64,000 nucleotides of DNA, taken from the NCBI RefSeq assembly GCF_902459465.1, contig NC_047065.1, positions 19,034,001-19,098,000 of the forward strand. Direction: 5' to 3'. Position 1 is the stretch's first letter. The number at the start of each line of letters is the position of its first letter. This document shows, in pieces, positions 1 through 12,540 of the stretch. The notes beneath the pieces are model-generated. The model had not been told where the DNA came from. It made no database searches and saw nothing but the letters and a program-made list of their open reading frames with translations. The position numbers were made by a program, and so were the translations under genes. The DNA is from Asterias rubens. Its lineage: Eukaryota.

Positions 1-1561
1 TAGTTGTTCATAAAACGCGAGTCTCATTACAGTATGCATATAGTGATACCACATACAGAGCAGTTATGATAGGGCCAAAAGTAAAAACCTTTTCACTTTT
101 TAACACGCCCACACATACACCGGACCGACGGACCCGAGCACCGTTTGACACAATGAGTTATTCATCCGCCTATAGACCATGTGAACCTTGTTTACATTAA
201 GCGTGACCTTGTACATTCTTGAAGTATTCTGGCCGGCACTGTACTACACTGGTACTTTGGGAAATTTGACATTTTGTGTCATAATTTCACATAACTAAGA
301 GTTTTGAAAGTAAAAGCTGGACAAGTTTTGAGATGTGCCCCTTTCATGATATCAAAAGTTGATAAGATTTAAACAGTGCAATCTCCATAACATATAAGAT
401 TTCATGTTTTCTTCCATTGAGCTGTGTACAAATCATGCCTGCAGGAAGTCCAGGGTCTGTGGCTCTTGTGTAAACATGTGAGGTCACAGGTCACAGCGTC
501 TATTCTTTACCAAGTAATAATGTACTGGTTTTTCCAAGTCACACATATAGTATTTTAATGACAATTTACTTTTCATTAAATAATTTACTTTTCATTAAAT
601 AATTTGTTTAGCCTCACCTTTAAGCTTATATATTTCAAAGACTTTGATGAACTACTTTCTACTAATCCGCATGTGTTAGAGGGGAAAACACAGTGCTCAA
701 AACATGCACAGTATAATAAATAAAAACTTGTTTGTGGTAGTACATTACCGAATGGTTACATCTGAGTATAACTATCTTACAATTTGCCCATGATTGTAAT
801 ATTTCGTTGTGAGATTTTCTGGACAATTAAATTCTTCATCTAAAGTCTAAGGCTACCTATACCCCCCCCCCCCACCCTTCAATACGGCATACCTGGTCGT
901 TCTCGGGAGTTGACGGGGAAGAGGTTTGGAGGAAGACATACACTCCTTAGGCCTACACAGTTTTTCCAGGGAGAGATTGGCCTCAACTAACATTTAAGAA
1001 ACACAAACAACTTGTATAGGTACCATGTTTTAATGTCCGACGTTTAAAAACTGGTTTTGGTCTCATTGCAGTTATTGGACTATAGCCTATAGACGTATTT
1101 CGAATTAGTGCCTTCTGCGCACATTCGCGTCGAAACCGAGGCTCACTGTGCTACATTCTCAACAGGGCTGCACAAACTACTCGTCGTATGTCAACAACAA
1201 CGGAGGTAAGTCGGTCCCTGCATGGAAGATGTACGTTTCATACCTTATTTTTGTGGCTGAAGTTGCATGGAATAAATCAGATGTTGAATTGTTATGAATT
1301 CGTTATCGTGGCACTTATAATGAAAGGATAATTTGACCATTTTCTGTCGTGGTTTTTACGCACCGTTTGTGTTTGTGCTTCTGATCCTTGACGCGACGTG
1401 GAACCTGACGAATACGTAGAGTTACTGCTTGTTGAAGTTCAGAAACTCGACCACTTAATGTGGAGCACCTTGTCTTTGACACTTTCCTCCGCTTTTCGAG
1501 GTTAGTGTTGCCACATTTCGTCGTTGACAAATTCCAATTTTATTCAGTGAATTACTGGTAC
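1..1561. repeat. Upstream copy (partial, runs off window) of a 2,870-bp tandem duplication; matches 2865-4431
   Basis: 1-1561 reads the same as 2865-4431 except for poly-C length (offset 2864 before the run, 2870 after). Identity stops after ...gaattactggtac (1561/4431). Confidence 0.95.
1091..1561 (+). mobile_element. Truncated left end (471 bp) of the ISL2EU-like transposon, carried by the duplication
   Basis: Matches 3961-4431, starts at the same gcctat|AGACG junction, no right TIR follows. Confidence 0.9.
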
Positions 1562-1906
1562 GACACGATGTCCCCGTACACTATCACCATGCGTCGGGTC
1601 AGGCCTCCGCATGCGGTTATAGTGGTACGAGTGCGGATGGCTTGTGTGCACAGTGGTCGTACGATGTGACAGTGTGTGTACGGTGGGTCGTGCGATGTGA
1701 TTACTTGCACCACGCACAGTATATACGGGTGGGTTTACAGCGGCGTCTTCTCGGAGCGAATAATGTGACTGCCGTGAGCAAGGCAAGGCTAAGTGAAAAC
1801 AGACAAATATTTCCAAATTAAACAAGTGCAAAAATTGTGCTAACATTGGGGCATTCAGAAATTAGGAAAACGTATCTCCCTCATTTGCAATTTTGATTTC
1901 ATATTT

Positions 1907-2214
1907 TTGTAATTGTCAAAGATCAGTCTTTTCATACGCACAAAATAATACACCTGTGAAAATTTGAACTCAATTGGTCGTCGAAGTTACGAGATAAATA
2001 AAAACACCCTTGTCTCACGAAGTTGTGTGCTTTTAGATGCTTTATTTCGGGACCTCAAAATCTAATTCTGAGGTTTCGGAAACTACGTTACTTCAGAGGG
2101 AGCCGTTTCTCACCATGTTTTCTACTATCAACAGTCATCCATTGGTTGTTACCAAGTAAGTTTTTATGCTAACAATTATTTTGAGTAATGACCAATAGTG
2201 TCCACTGCCTTTAA
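1907..2214. mobile_element. TTAA-type MITE (Kolobok-like, left end eroded); orthologous copies near 25250-25552 and 50605-50908
   Basis: Right terminus ...ccaatagtgtccactgcctTTAA matches the family terminus TTAAaggcagtggacactattggtaatt seen repeatedly in the window. Superfamily assignment is inferred from TTAA sites and AGG/CCT termini. Confidence 0.7.
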
Positions 2215-4057
2215 GCACCAACAACCAAATAAATAAAAACACTTTTAATTTTCGTTGGTGTTCATTAATATGTTTTTACACTTCGAAAACGCAGAATTAT
2301 TGTACACTACCCTGACCTAAAATAATTTATAACTTAAGATAAGGGACCATAAGTAACTGCCTAAAGGTTTATATAGACAACGACAATCGAACCCGTCTGA
2401 GGATAGAACTTATAGAAGGGTCGCTTAACGAAACTGAACGAGTAATTGAGGAACATTTGTTTTCGGTATAAAACAGTGAATTTCACAAAGAGTTGAGACA
2501 AGTCTTTGGGGTTATGACGAGTTACTCTCATGACGTCCTAAATTATAGGATTAGCCTTAAGTTGTTTTTACAATTGGTAGCTAGTCCAAAGTTAGGACTA
2601 GTCCTAACTCTTTGAGAAATCAACCCCAGTTTACATTTGAAAATGTCCTCAAAAACTTTCAATGCAATACGTTTTTTTGGTTCGCATCACAGCAATCATT
2701 GGTATTTACAACATAAGACTTATGCCATACAACATATCAGTATTTAAGTTTAACATTCGTGGGAAGAAACAAAAGGAAGTTAACATACCTGTAGCTGCCG
2801 TCGGGTTGGTTGCAAACCTTATCAAACTATTTCAAACTGTACAACTTGAATCGAATGAAGCAAATAGTTGTTCATAAAACGCGAGTCTCATTACAGTATG
2901 CATATAGTGATACCACATACAGAGCAGTTATGATAGGGCCAAAAGTAAAAACCTTTTCACTTTTTAACACGCCCACACATACACCGGACCGACGGACCCG
3001 AGCACCGTTTGACACAATGAGTTATTCATCCGCCTATAGACCATGTGAACCTTGTTTACATTAAGCGTGACCTTGTACATTCTTGAAGTATTCTGGCCGG
3101 CACTGTACTACACTGGTACTTTGGGAAATTTGACATTTTGTGTCATAATTTCACATAACTAAGAGTTTTGAAAGTAAAAGCTGGACAAGTTTTGAGATGT
3201 GCCCCTTTCATGATATCAAAAGTTGATAAGATTTAAACAGTGCAATCTCCATAACATATAAGATTTCATGTTTTCTTCCATTGAGCTGTGTACAAATCAT
3301 GCCTGCAGGAAGTCCAGGGTCTGTGGCTCTTGTGTAAACATGTGAGGTCACAGGTCACAGCGTCTATTCTTTACCAAGTAATAATGTACTGGTTTTTCCA
3401 AGTCACACATATAGTATTTTAATGACAATTTACTTTTCATTAAATAATTTACTTTTCATTAAATAATTTGTTTAGCCTCACCTTTAAGCTTATATATTTC
3501 AAAGACTTTGATGAACTACTTTCTACTAATCCGCATGTGTTAGAGGGGAAAACACAGTGCTCAAAACATGCACAGTATAATAAATAAAAACTTGTTTGTG
3601 GTAGTACATTACCGAATGGTTACATCTGAGTATAACTATCTTACAATTTGCCCATGATTGTAATATTTCGTTGTGAGATTTTCTGGACAATTAAATTCTT
3701 CATCTAAAGTCTAAGGCTACCTATACCCCCCCCCCCCCCCCCCACCCTTCAATACGGCATACCTGGTCGTTCTCGGGAGTTGACGGGGAAGAGGTTTGGA
3801 GGAAGACATACACTCCTTAGGCCTACACAGTTTTTCCAGGGAGAGATTGGCCTCAACTAACATTTAAGAAACACAAACAACTTGTATAGGTACCATGTTT
3901 TAATGTCCGACGTTTAAAAACTGGTTTTGGTCTCATTGCAGTTATTGGACTATAGCCTATAGACGTATTTCGAATTAGTGCCTTCTGCGCACATTCGCGT
4001 CGAAACCGAGGCTCACTGTGCTACATTCTCAACAGGGCTGCACAAACTACTCGTCGT

Positions 4058-6225
4058 ATGTCAACAACAACGGAGGTAAGTCGGTCCCTGCATGGAAGAT
4101 GTACGTTTCATACCTTATTTTTGTGGCTGAAGTTGCATGGAATAAATCAGATGTTGAATTGTTATGAATTCGTTATCGTGGCACTTATAATGAAAGGATA
4201 ATTTGACCATTTTCTGTCGTGGTTTTTACGCACCGTTTGTGTTTGTGCTTCTGATCCTTGACGCGACGTGGAACCTGACGAATACGTAGAGTTACTGCTT
4301 GTTGAAGTTCAGAAACTCGACCACTTAATGTGGAGCACCTTGTCTTTGACACTTTCCTCCGCTTTTCGAGGTTAGTGTTGCCACATTTCGTCGTTGACAA
4401 ATTCCAATTTTATTCAGTGAATTACTGGTACCTTTACCTTCAAAACCCTTGCCTTTTATCTATGCTAACGATTTCCGTGCCATGAAACATTCCCCGAAAT
4501 TAAAAACAATGATGTCCGGAAATTGAGCACAAAATGGGAGTACCGAAAACTTGGGCATGTCGGGTAGCCTTGCTCTAAGACTAAGAGCCCCTACCCCAAT
4601 GAAGCCCAAGAGGAAGAGCATAAGTATTAACCATGGATGAATGGAGGAATGAAATAAAGTTATTTTATTTCTCTTTGTATTAACCACAATTTCACAGTAA
4701 AAATAAAATTCTCATACAATCAATGATTTCAACATTGAATTAATGACAAAGTCCAAAGAGAAATAGCTAGGTCTGACTTAAGTTGGCATGATTTGTAAAT
4801 TTTATTTCAAAGTGAATTTGATCCATTGAGATTGTTCTTCCACAAATATGACATACCTTTTATGATTGTAAATATGGATAATAAGGGTTTATCATAAATC
4901 AATTATAAAATGTTCACTTGGACTATGTTGGAATTTTTAATGCTCTATTCAAGTGTCATTATTAGGGAACACTTCAAACATTCCCTTTTTTGTTTTGTTT
5001 TTGGTTAGACTGACAAGTTTCACACTTTTGTTGTGTGTTTAAGTGTAAACAATGTTGTTGATAGACTAGCTACTTCAAAATATCAAAGTAGGTCATTTTA
5101 TATCCAGGTTTTCATTATATTTCCGGTTGGTTACAAACGTGACCGACATATTTTTGACAGTTGTTGAGTTTGTTTGTTGTTTTAGAAAATTTATATCAGA
5201 ACATACCTTGGCATTATTGTATAAATTATAGAACAAATTTTGAAAATTGTAGACATATTTATTTTATCCTTCATCAGGCAGTGTCCACTGGTCTCACAGA
5301 AGAGGACATCCCAGGAGCAAAACAGGATGTATCTGTACCTGCCCTGCAAAAACTTAAATGTCATGAGTTGAAGTTTTGGCTTCAACGCCGTGGAGATTCC
5401 TGCAAAGGCGTGAAAACCAAGGCACAGCTGATACAGAGGTATGTATGCAGAAAAAATACACCACATTTGATGCTGATTAAAACTAGTGAATGCCATGTGT
5501 TTGTGGGAAAATGAGGTTTGGGGTATACATGTAATATTAGTCACTGGCCAAGGTTAGAGTAACTGCCTAGATGGGATACAAGGGAGAAAGACTTTGGGCT
5601 GTCATGAGGGGGTAATCTGTTATTAAGAGGGGTTGAGGGAAAAGGGCTCTTACAGCTACCCCCCCCCCCCATGATATGCTTGCAGTTAGCAACATGTATT
5701 TCTTTGAGAAAGTATTGGGAAAATATCAGATGACAAGTGCAATCTTGTTTACATGAATTAAAGTCTGTATTTGATATGTTTTTTTCATCTTTTCTCATTT
5801 GCTATTTTAGAATTCAACAGACTGTTTCAAATGGCAAGCATTCTACAGTCATTGATCCCACCCCAGATGAGCATTGGGAGAGTCTCAAGGCACAAAGGGT
5901 ACCAAGTGGGCCTATATGCACCATACACTCTGCTGACCCTATTCCCAAGAAAGGATCATACCACCAGTGGGGCAGTTCTACTGACTGGGGAAAGAGGCTT
6001 GAAAGCCTTCCAGACCTTACACGGCGAGAAATAGATCTGCACATAGACACTGTGAACATGAGAATTAGGCCACAGAAGGACTCGACTCGAGTGTCAAAAC
6101 CTGCAATCCGTGGTGCACACCTCCTTGCTGAGAGATATCTCAATTCAGAGACTATTTCAATGCGCTCAGGTCCTATTTGTTGTTTTGCACAGTTACAAAG
6201 AATAATTAATGTAAATTTATTATAA
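4058..6225 (+). CDS. Transposon second gene, SAP-like domain protein, probably truncated; predicted exons 4058-4075, 5278-5438, 5811-6225 (~197 aa)
   Basis: ATG-MSTTTE|GTAAGT, catcAG|AVSTG..., cagag|GTATGT, ttttAG|a-IQQTV with compatible phases (0, 2). LKCHELKFWLQRRGDSCKGVKTKAQLIQR resembles a SAP motif. No nuclease domain seen downstream. Confidence 0.6.
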
Positions 6226-7074
6226 GAGTTTTTGGAAAGGAGTACATCAAAATCCTTACCTTACCCTCATTGAGTAAACATTTTGTGTGGCAAGTTTGGC
6301 AAAGGTAATTTAAGATGAACAATTTAGAAATTTAGAAAAACCCAAAACGGTTGAAAATAATGTTCAGCAAGCCATTTATAAGTCTTTATTTAACCCTTCA
6401 TATTTATTCAACAGGCCTTGCATTACAAAGCATCACACAAAACATTCTTTTACATGAATGAATGCTCCAAAATCATTCTTTTCTGAAAGGTTTTCTGAAA
6501 TACAAATTAATGATCCTTTAATTCTGCATATTGTATTCTTTATACAATAATTCAGTTGGAAAAAATAATTTTGTACATTCCTGTGTATTTTTCTTAAAAA
6601 AGTAGTCTTGCTGTGTGCTGACATATACATGTAGCTGGATTCTTAATGTAAAGTCATCATTACACAATAATATTGATAGGTTATTCCAGAGAACAATTGT
6701 TCTGGGACAGGGTCTTCCAAAACAATGAAAAATACCTGTTCTTTATATTAGAAAAAACACTTGGGATGACTTATTATGTAACGCATGTGACCTCACGTTG
6801 AGAATTCAGCCATACATTATATCAGCAAGTGGCCAAATTATATTAGCGACTATTAAAAAAAAAAAAAAAAAAAGTAAATCATTTAAAAGTACACAGGAAT
6901 GGAATGTACAACATGATTTTTCTAACAAAGGAAATATAGGTGTAACATAAAAGCACCATTACTTAGTATTTTAACAAACCTTTAAGTAGTATTTAAATAA
7001 AAGGCATGAGAGTGCTATGTATAAAATGAATATCAATGAGTTTGTCTGTATCTTTTTACAAGGAATGGTTTGTT

Positions 7075-8640
7075 TTACACATTACCAGACATTGAGATTA
7101 CTGGATTAAAACTATTTGTCAAAAGACAGCACACTGTCCAAATCTGATTAATGGAGCCGTGCATGGTCAGAGGAATCGCACTGTCAAAAATACGAAATTT
7201 CTTGACCTTGTTTATCGCCCTTTCGACATGGATTCTCTCTGCTGCTATTTGCTGTGTCTCAATGGTCTCATCTTCTTCAAACTGCTTCCTTTCTTTGAAG
7301 AAGGCAGGGATATTTAGTTTGACACCCATTGGCTTTAGCAAATCATCAATTGTGAAACCACGGTCTGCCATCACAACATCACCCTTTTGAAACAGCTTGG
7401 GATCCAGAAACCCACTCCGGATAACTATTTCTCTATCTGACATTGATCCAGGATATAGTTGACTTATGAATGTTATTGCACCACTAGGTGCGATACCCAG
7501 AAGTCCTTTGTAAGTTATATGATGCTTATTGTTTGACCAAAACATACTTTGGAGCATCAGAGAATCTGGGATATGTGCAAATATTTCAGAACAATCAACA
7601 ATGACCCTTGTATCTGGGTATTTGTCTCTAAACGTTTGTGGCATTGTTTTGGAGATAATACTTTTACTTGGCCAAATAGGAAGTGAGCCAAGCTTAAAGT
7701 ACATGAAATTAATCCATGTGATGAAGTATCTGCTAACACTTGACTCTGAAATGCTAAATAGGTATGCCAGATGCTTTACAGAAAAACCCTGCCTGAGTCT
7801 ACAAAGGACCAAAATGAATTGTTCCTTGGGTGAAAGCTGTAATGTTCTCCCAGGTTTATTATGAGTTTTGTGTGAAGCTGAATAGCTGTGGTCCAAGTCC
7901 ATGGCTGATGGAGGCTGGTATACTGAACAGGAAGGCTCACTTTCTCTATTTGCAGTATGTGTTATGACATTCTCACAACTCTCACCTGGGTTCAAAAAAG
8001 ACAACATGGCTAAAACCAAAGAGTAAGTGGGAAATCCAGTGTAGTGTTTTGTTAAGGAATCATTTCCCTCAAGACTACTAACAAACTTATTTCGTTCATT
8101 CTGTTCAGTTAGAGAATTTACCATCCTCTTCAGTCTTTGTACTGACTCCTTAAGTTCTGTCACATCATTTGACTGTTCATTCTCCTTGATTTGATTCACC
8201 TGAACATCATTCTCCATTGTATCAGATAATGACTCATCCTCATTCATCGGTTCATCATCATTTGTTGTTTGTTCGTCAGCTACCCCACATGAAGTTGAGG
8301 GACCTTCAAAGGTCGATCTATGAAGAACTCTGCGTTTTTTCGGTGACCAACTGTCAGAGAGTACATCTTTTGGCTCAGCACCTTGCTTCAGTATCCATAC
8401 TCCATTGAGGGTTCTCTTGATGTCAGTATCATTAAAGTGCACATTGCAAATCTGGGTAGACTTACTGACAAAGAATCCGTCTCGACCATGATCCCTTTTG
8501 ATTTTTGTGCACCATCGGTCTCGGAGTTTGCGATCAGTGGGAAAGCAGAAAAAATGAAACTGCGACCTTGACAAGTCTTTGTTATAAAAACGATTGCTGC
8601 ACCCATATGCAGCACATTCAACTCCTCTGCTGGATGGCAT
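7075..8640 (-). CDS. THAP-domain DDE transposase (HARBI1/DDE_Tnp_4-like), 521 aa, intact
   Basis: THAP signature CAAYGC...FP...W...CNVHF; HTH region LSPKEQFILVLCRLRQGFSVKHLAYLFSISESSVSRYF; catalytic IVDCSE, MADRGF, RIHVERAI. True ATG at 8640 just after an acceptor (ttttgcag). Candidate 5'UTR donor at 9515 (cag|GTAAGT on - strand). Confidence 0.93.
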   Translation of the reverse strand: MPSSRGVECAAYGCSNRFYNKDLSRSQFHFFCFPTDRKLRDRWCTKIKRDHGRDGFFVSKSTQICNVHFNDTDIKRTLNGVWILKQGAEPKDVLSDSWSPKKRRVLHRSTFEGPSTSCGVADEQTTNDDEPMNEDESLSDTMENDVQVNQIKENEQSNDVTELKESVQRLKRMVNSLTEQNERNKFVSSLEGNDSLTKHYTGFPTYSLVLAMLSFLNPGESCENVITHTANRESEPSCSVYQPPSAMDLDHSYSASHKTHNKPGRTLQLSPKEQFILVLCRLRQGFSVKHLAYLFSISESSVSRYFITWINFMYFKLGSLPIWPSKSIISKTMPQTFRDKYPDTRVIVDCSEIFAHIPDSLMLQSMFWSNNKHHITYKGLLGIAPSGAITFISQLYPGSMSDREIVIRSGFLDPKLFQKGDVVMADRGFTIDDLLKPMGVKLNIPAFFKERKQFEEDETIETQQIAAERIHVERAINKVKKFRIFDSAIPLTMHGSINQIWTVCCLLTNSFNPVISMSGNV

Positions 8641-9191
8641 GGTGAAACAAAGCACCTGCAAAACAAAAGTATACTTGATTTATACAACTTATTCATAAAA
8701 CAGAGCCATCCCTAAATCAAATCAGTTCTGATATAATTATTAGTAATCTGTATTATATTCTTGGGATTCACAACACTTTTTCATGACATGGTTTAAAGAT
8801 GTTTTTAATACATGTAGCTAGTTTGACGTCAAAGAGCAAAGTGAACCTTTTAAAAAATGCTTCAAAAAATTAAGGAAATTATTTTGTCAAACTTCTAGCT
8901 GGATATGATACAAATTTGATTTGTTATAATCCTAATTTATTAACTTAAAGGACATTCTGAAATGCGAATGTGGAATTTGGGGCTATTCTACCACAAGTGT
9001 GCCACATACACTGTACTCTAGACCGAGTGTAAGAAACACCCTGCGAACTTGTGCCCACTTTCCGGAAGTCAATGTTATTATTTTTCGGCCCAAATTCTGA
9101 CACTAAGAAACCCACACAGAGGTTATTAACTTGGTAGAAGTACCAGACCAGTTTCAAACAAATGAAAATCAAGTATTTCAACTAGTAACAC

Positions 9192-9329
9192 TGGAAAAGT
9201 TTCCGTATGGCGCCACCACTTTTTCATACGATATGAAATAAAACAGTCTGTATCTAGTTTACCTCAATAAGATATCCCTTTTTGTAAAAAATTGTGAAAA
9301 AGTGGTGGCGCCATACGGAAAGTTATCCC
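9192..9329. mobile_element. Small MITE nested in the transposase 5' intron
   Basis: Perfect 25-bp inverted repeat tttccgtatggcgccaccacttttt (9200-9224) / 9297-9321 around a short AT-rich core. Confidence 0.75.
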
Positions 9330-10024
9330 TAATACTTTTGGCAAACTGACTCCGCAAAACTTGGGGTAGACAGGGCCAGGGTTGAAGCACCACGTTTTAA
9401 CATGCACGCCGTGTGTGCAGCACGGCTACATCATTCATAAATCGTTAGCATATTTTCACTCAAAAACTGCAATTGTAAAAAATTTGCAGCCTGGTTTTTC
9501 CTCCATTAAACTTACCTGTGCTTGGCTTCTACCTCAACACGCTAAAATCGTATTTCGTTCTTGTATTTGGGTGTAATCTCACACGAAAGTTGTACTTCGG
9601 TCTGTAGAGGGAGCAGACACCATAAGTGTAACGTTACAGCGGAGTTGTTGTGACACAGTGAGCCTCGTTTTCAAACCCGGAAGTGCGCAGATCGACGCTA
9701 AACTCGTCGTTTCGGGATTCCTCTATAGGTTCGGGAAAACGCAATACAATGAAATACACAACATAATATGAGTCACGTTTTGTATGGTGTGAAAGTCATT
9801 TATACAGAACTTGCATTTCGCAGCCTTGCCTTATACATCAACAATCTTTTTTCAATTCAATGTTTATTCATTGTACGCCCATGAATAATCCCACAACCAC
9901 CTAGAGCTTAAAGGGGGCAGACACTAGGCCTACTTTCAATGATCACACAAGGAATTTTGAAATAATATTCAAATTTGGTGGTCACAATCATTTGCAACAT
10001 TTTCGGGGGGAAAACAGTTCATTT

Positions 10025-10037
10025 TAGTCAGGTAAGT
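10025..10037 (+). promoter_or_regulatory. Candidate splice donor of a non-coding first exon of ZNFX1 (also 27519, 52951)
   Basis: tcag|GTAAGT conserved in all three units. The ATG exon is preceded by an acceptor (tttttctAG|ctATG), so an upstream UTR exon is required. The pairing is inference. Confidence 0.45.
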
Positions 10038-10539
10038 TTAACGTACTTCGATTAGTGAACTAATCTTCAATTAGTGTCAATTGTTATGATTTATAATGAT
10101 TTCTAGTAGACTGCAGGACTTGCGATCACAAGGTTGTGTGTTCAAAACCTAAATCAAGCTAAATTCTGATTTGCCAAATGACTTAGTTACTGAATCACAA
10201 TTTCTTGATTTGTGCAATTCATAATCAGAGACGTTCAACCAATGTTTGTTTGTATAAGTGAGAGATTGGTTGTTGCCAGCTTGGTGTTTATATCCCAATT
10301 GCGGGCAAAATGTTAGACTCAGTAATATTACCACAAATGTTGTTATACTGTAAACTTTTTACAAGGCTTTTGCCTATTAAAACATAATTCCATCCACATA
10401 ATTATGTTAGTGGCGCTGGATAAAAAATAAAAATAAAAAAAAACCTTGCAATATTGTCTGCTATTTTTTTCATATAAAATCTGTAGTTCCTTTTTTGCCC
10501 CAATGTCCGCCCGTAGTACACAGCCATTGCGACATATCG

Positions 10540-10549
10540 GGGAATTCCC
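10540..10549. promoter_or_regulatory. Palindromic NF-kB-type site GGGAATTCCC (also 28042-28051, 53469-53478)
   Basis: Exact match to the GGGRNNYYCC consensus in all three units. Function untested. Confidence 0.4.
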
Positions 10550-11570
10550 GCGGATGAGAAATCAACAATTGTGTCTGAAGGTTGAGGTCAAGGTAAAACC
10601 GACAAGATCTGCATAACAGACGTTGTGTGTCAATTAAGCGGCATACAAAACCGGTTCTTTAATGGCATAGGGGTGGGTTTTTTTTTGTCTGGGGGAGTAA
10701 TCTGTTTTTGTAACCCTGATCTGGTGGATATATGACAGAAATCAAAAGTGAACTGCCTTATCGAATGTGTTGATCCTAGTGGCTGATCCTAGTCTGTGAC
10801 TTTCACATCGAAGGCCGTACTCTTGGAAGTATAGATCGAATTACACGGTGTTTGCAGGTAAGATGATACATTCCAGTGCAATATTGAGAGTATGCAAGAA
10901 CTCATGTATCATGTACGTAAACATGATACCAGACTGCATATTGGATCGTTGCACTCGAAATTACCACTGCCGTAGTGCTTTTCAATGGGGAAGTAATGTT
11001 AAGGAAACAAAGTTAAACAGCTACCTGAGCGGAATGTTTTAAACGGAAATGGTATTTTAACTTGTTTATAATGCACTTGTTCACCATTTTAATGTAATTT
11101 CGATATGTGTACACTTCTGAATTTCAAGCACAAATTGTGAGGAGCAAATCTAAACTGCTAAAAAAAAAAAACGGACGGAATGGCGTCCAGAAACAATGTG
11201 ACAAAATACAAAAAGACTGCTGGTCCCTTCATGTCGCAACTCGCTCAATACACATGCTCTTGTACAATTATTCGAATCATTTAGTTTAATACACATCTAA
11301 TCTAATCATGGTACCTGCCTTGATATTTGTTAATATAATTAGTTTTAGAGTAGGCTATACAAACTCCCGAGTACAAAGTACTGAGTATACAGTGCTAACA
11401 CACATAGGTGTATGGGTAAAAAAAACAAAATTAATATTCTTTATCCCCGATGCAAATTTAACATCTACTATACAAACTCATTATCATAATTACCATCCAT
11501 CGACAGAGCGGTTAGGTTCCAAGGCACTCTGGTTTATCCACCAAAGATACAGTCAATGCCAAGTCTTATA

Positions 11571-11919
11571 ATAGAGGCAGGTGACACTATTGGTATAATT
11601 ACTCAAAATAATTATTAGCATAAAACCTTACTTGGTAGCAAGTAATGGGGAGAGGTTGATAGTATAAAACATTGTGAGAAACGGCTCCCTCTGAATAATG
11701 TAGCTTTCGAGAAAGACACTATTTTCCGCGAATTTTGATTTCGAGACCTCAGAATTAGATATTGAGTTCTCGAAAACAAGCATCTGAAATATTATCTCGC
11801 AACTTTGACGACCGATTATATTGAGCTCAAATTTTCACAGGTTTGGTATTTTATGCATATGTTGAGATACACCAAGTAAGAAGATATTGAAAATTACCAA
11901 TAGTGTCCAGTGTCCTTAA
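11571..11919. mobile_element. TTAA MITE (Kolobok-like); ortholog in unit B, largely deleted in unit C
   Basis: Termini ..aggcag(g)tgacactattggt / accaatagtgtccagtgtccTTAA. Internal gagacctc...ttgagctcaaattttcacaggtttg family core. Confidence 0.7.
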
Positions 11920-12159
11920 ACTGAGATGAACTAATTCAACAGTAAACGAACAGTATCACAAATAATATTTTGTAATAACGAGTTTGTTGACGTACTTGAT
12001 TCGGGATGGCAATGCTAACTTGCAAGACATTACATGGTTTTTAAATTGGATATACTTTAAACTCCCAGTTAAGAATTAAACCGGATTACGGATCTAAAGG
12101 GATCTGACCAATTTCTGGGTCAGGCTAGCCTTGTCCAAGGCTATTACCACTGCTATGAA

Positions 12160-12540
12160 TTCAAGGCAGTGGACACTATTGGTAATTACTCAAAATAATT
12201 ATTATCATAAAACCTTACTTGGTAACGAGTTATCGGGAGAGGTTGGTAGTATAAAACATTGTGAGAAACGGCTCCCTTTGAAGTGGAGTAGTTTTAGAAA
12301 AAGAAGTAAACTTCCACGAATTTGATTTCGAGACCTCAGATTTAGAATTTGAGATCTCTAAATCAACCATCCAAAAGTACATAACTTCGTGTGACATGGG
12401 TGTTTTTTCTTTTATTTTTATCTCGCAACTTCGACGACCAATTGAGCTCAAATTTTCACAGGTTTGTTATTTTATGCCTATGTTTTGATACACCAAGTGA
12501 GAAGATATTGAAAAGTACCAATAGTGTCCAGTTTCTTTAA
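12160..12540. mobile_element. TTAA MITE (Kolobok-like); orthologs near 29470-29850 and 54720-55100
   Basis: Termini ttcaaggcagtggacactattggtaattac / ccaatagtgtccagtttctTTAA. Confidence 0.75.

Larger units (their letters stand above)
3961..9724 (-). mobile_element. ISL2EU-like (PHIS: PIF/Harbinger-ISL2EU-Spy group) DNA transposon, 5,764 bp
   Basis: Absent at orthologous sites (27213, 52644: gcctATaggttc). Imperfect ~60-70 bp TIRs (AGACGTATTTCGAA / rc AGAGGAATCCCGAA; exact core cgaggctcactgtg at 4007-4020 vs 9654-9667). AT TSD at 3959-3960 and 9725-9726 (TATA is an alternative parse). Encodes a THAP-HTH-DDE transposase plus a convergent second gene. Confidence 0.9.

Noticed and set aside
1315-1530. 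71-aa ORF duplicated at 4185-4400
   Set aside because: Antisense to the predicted first intron of the transposon accessory gene, no motif; duplicated only passively.
2590-2609. 20-bp palindrome agttaggactagtcctaact (all three units)
   Set aside because: Short and probably part of an eroded dispersed repeat; no independent evidence of function.
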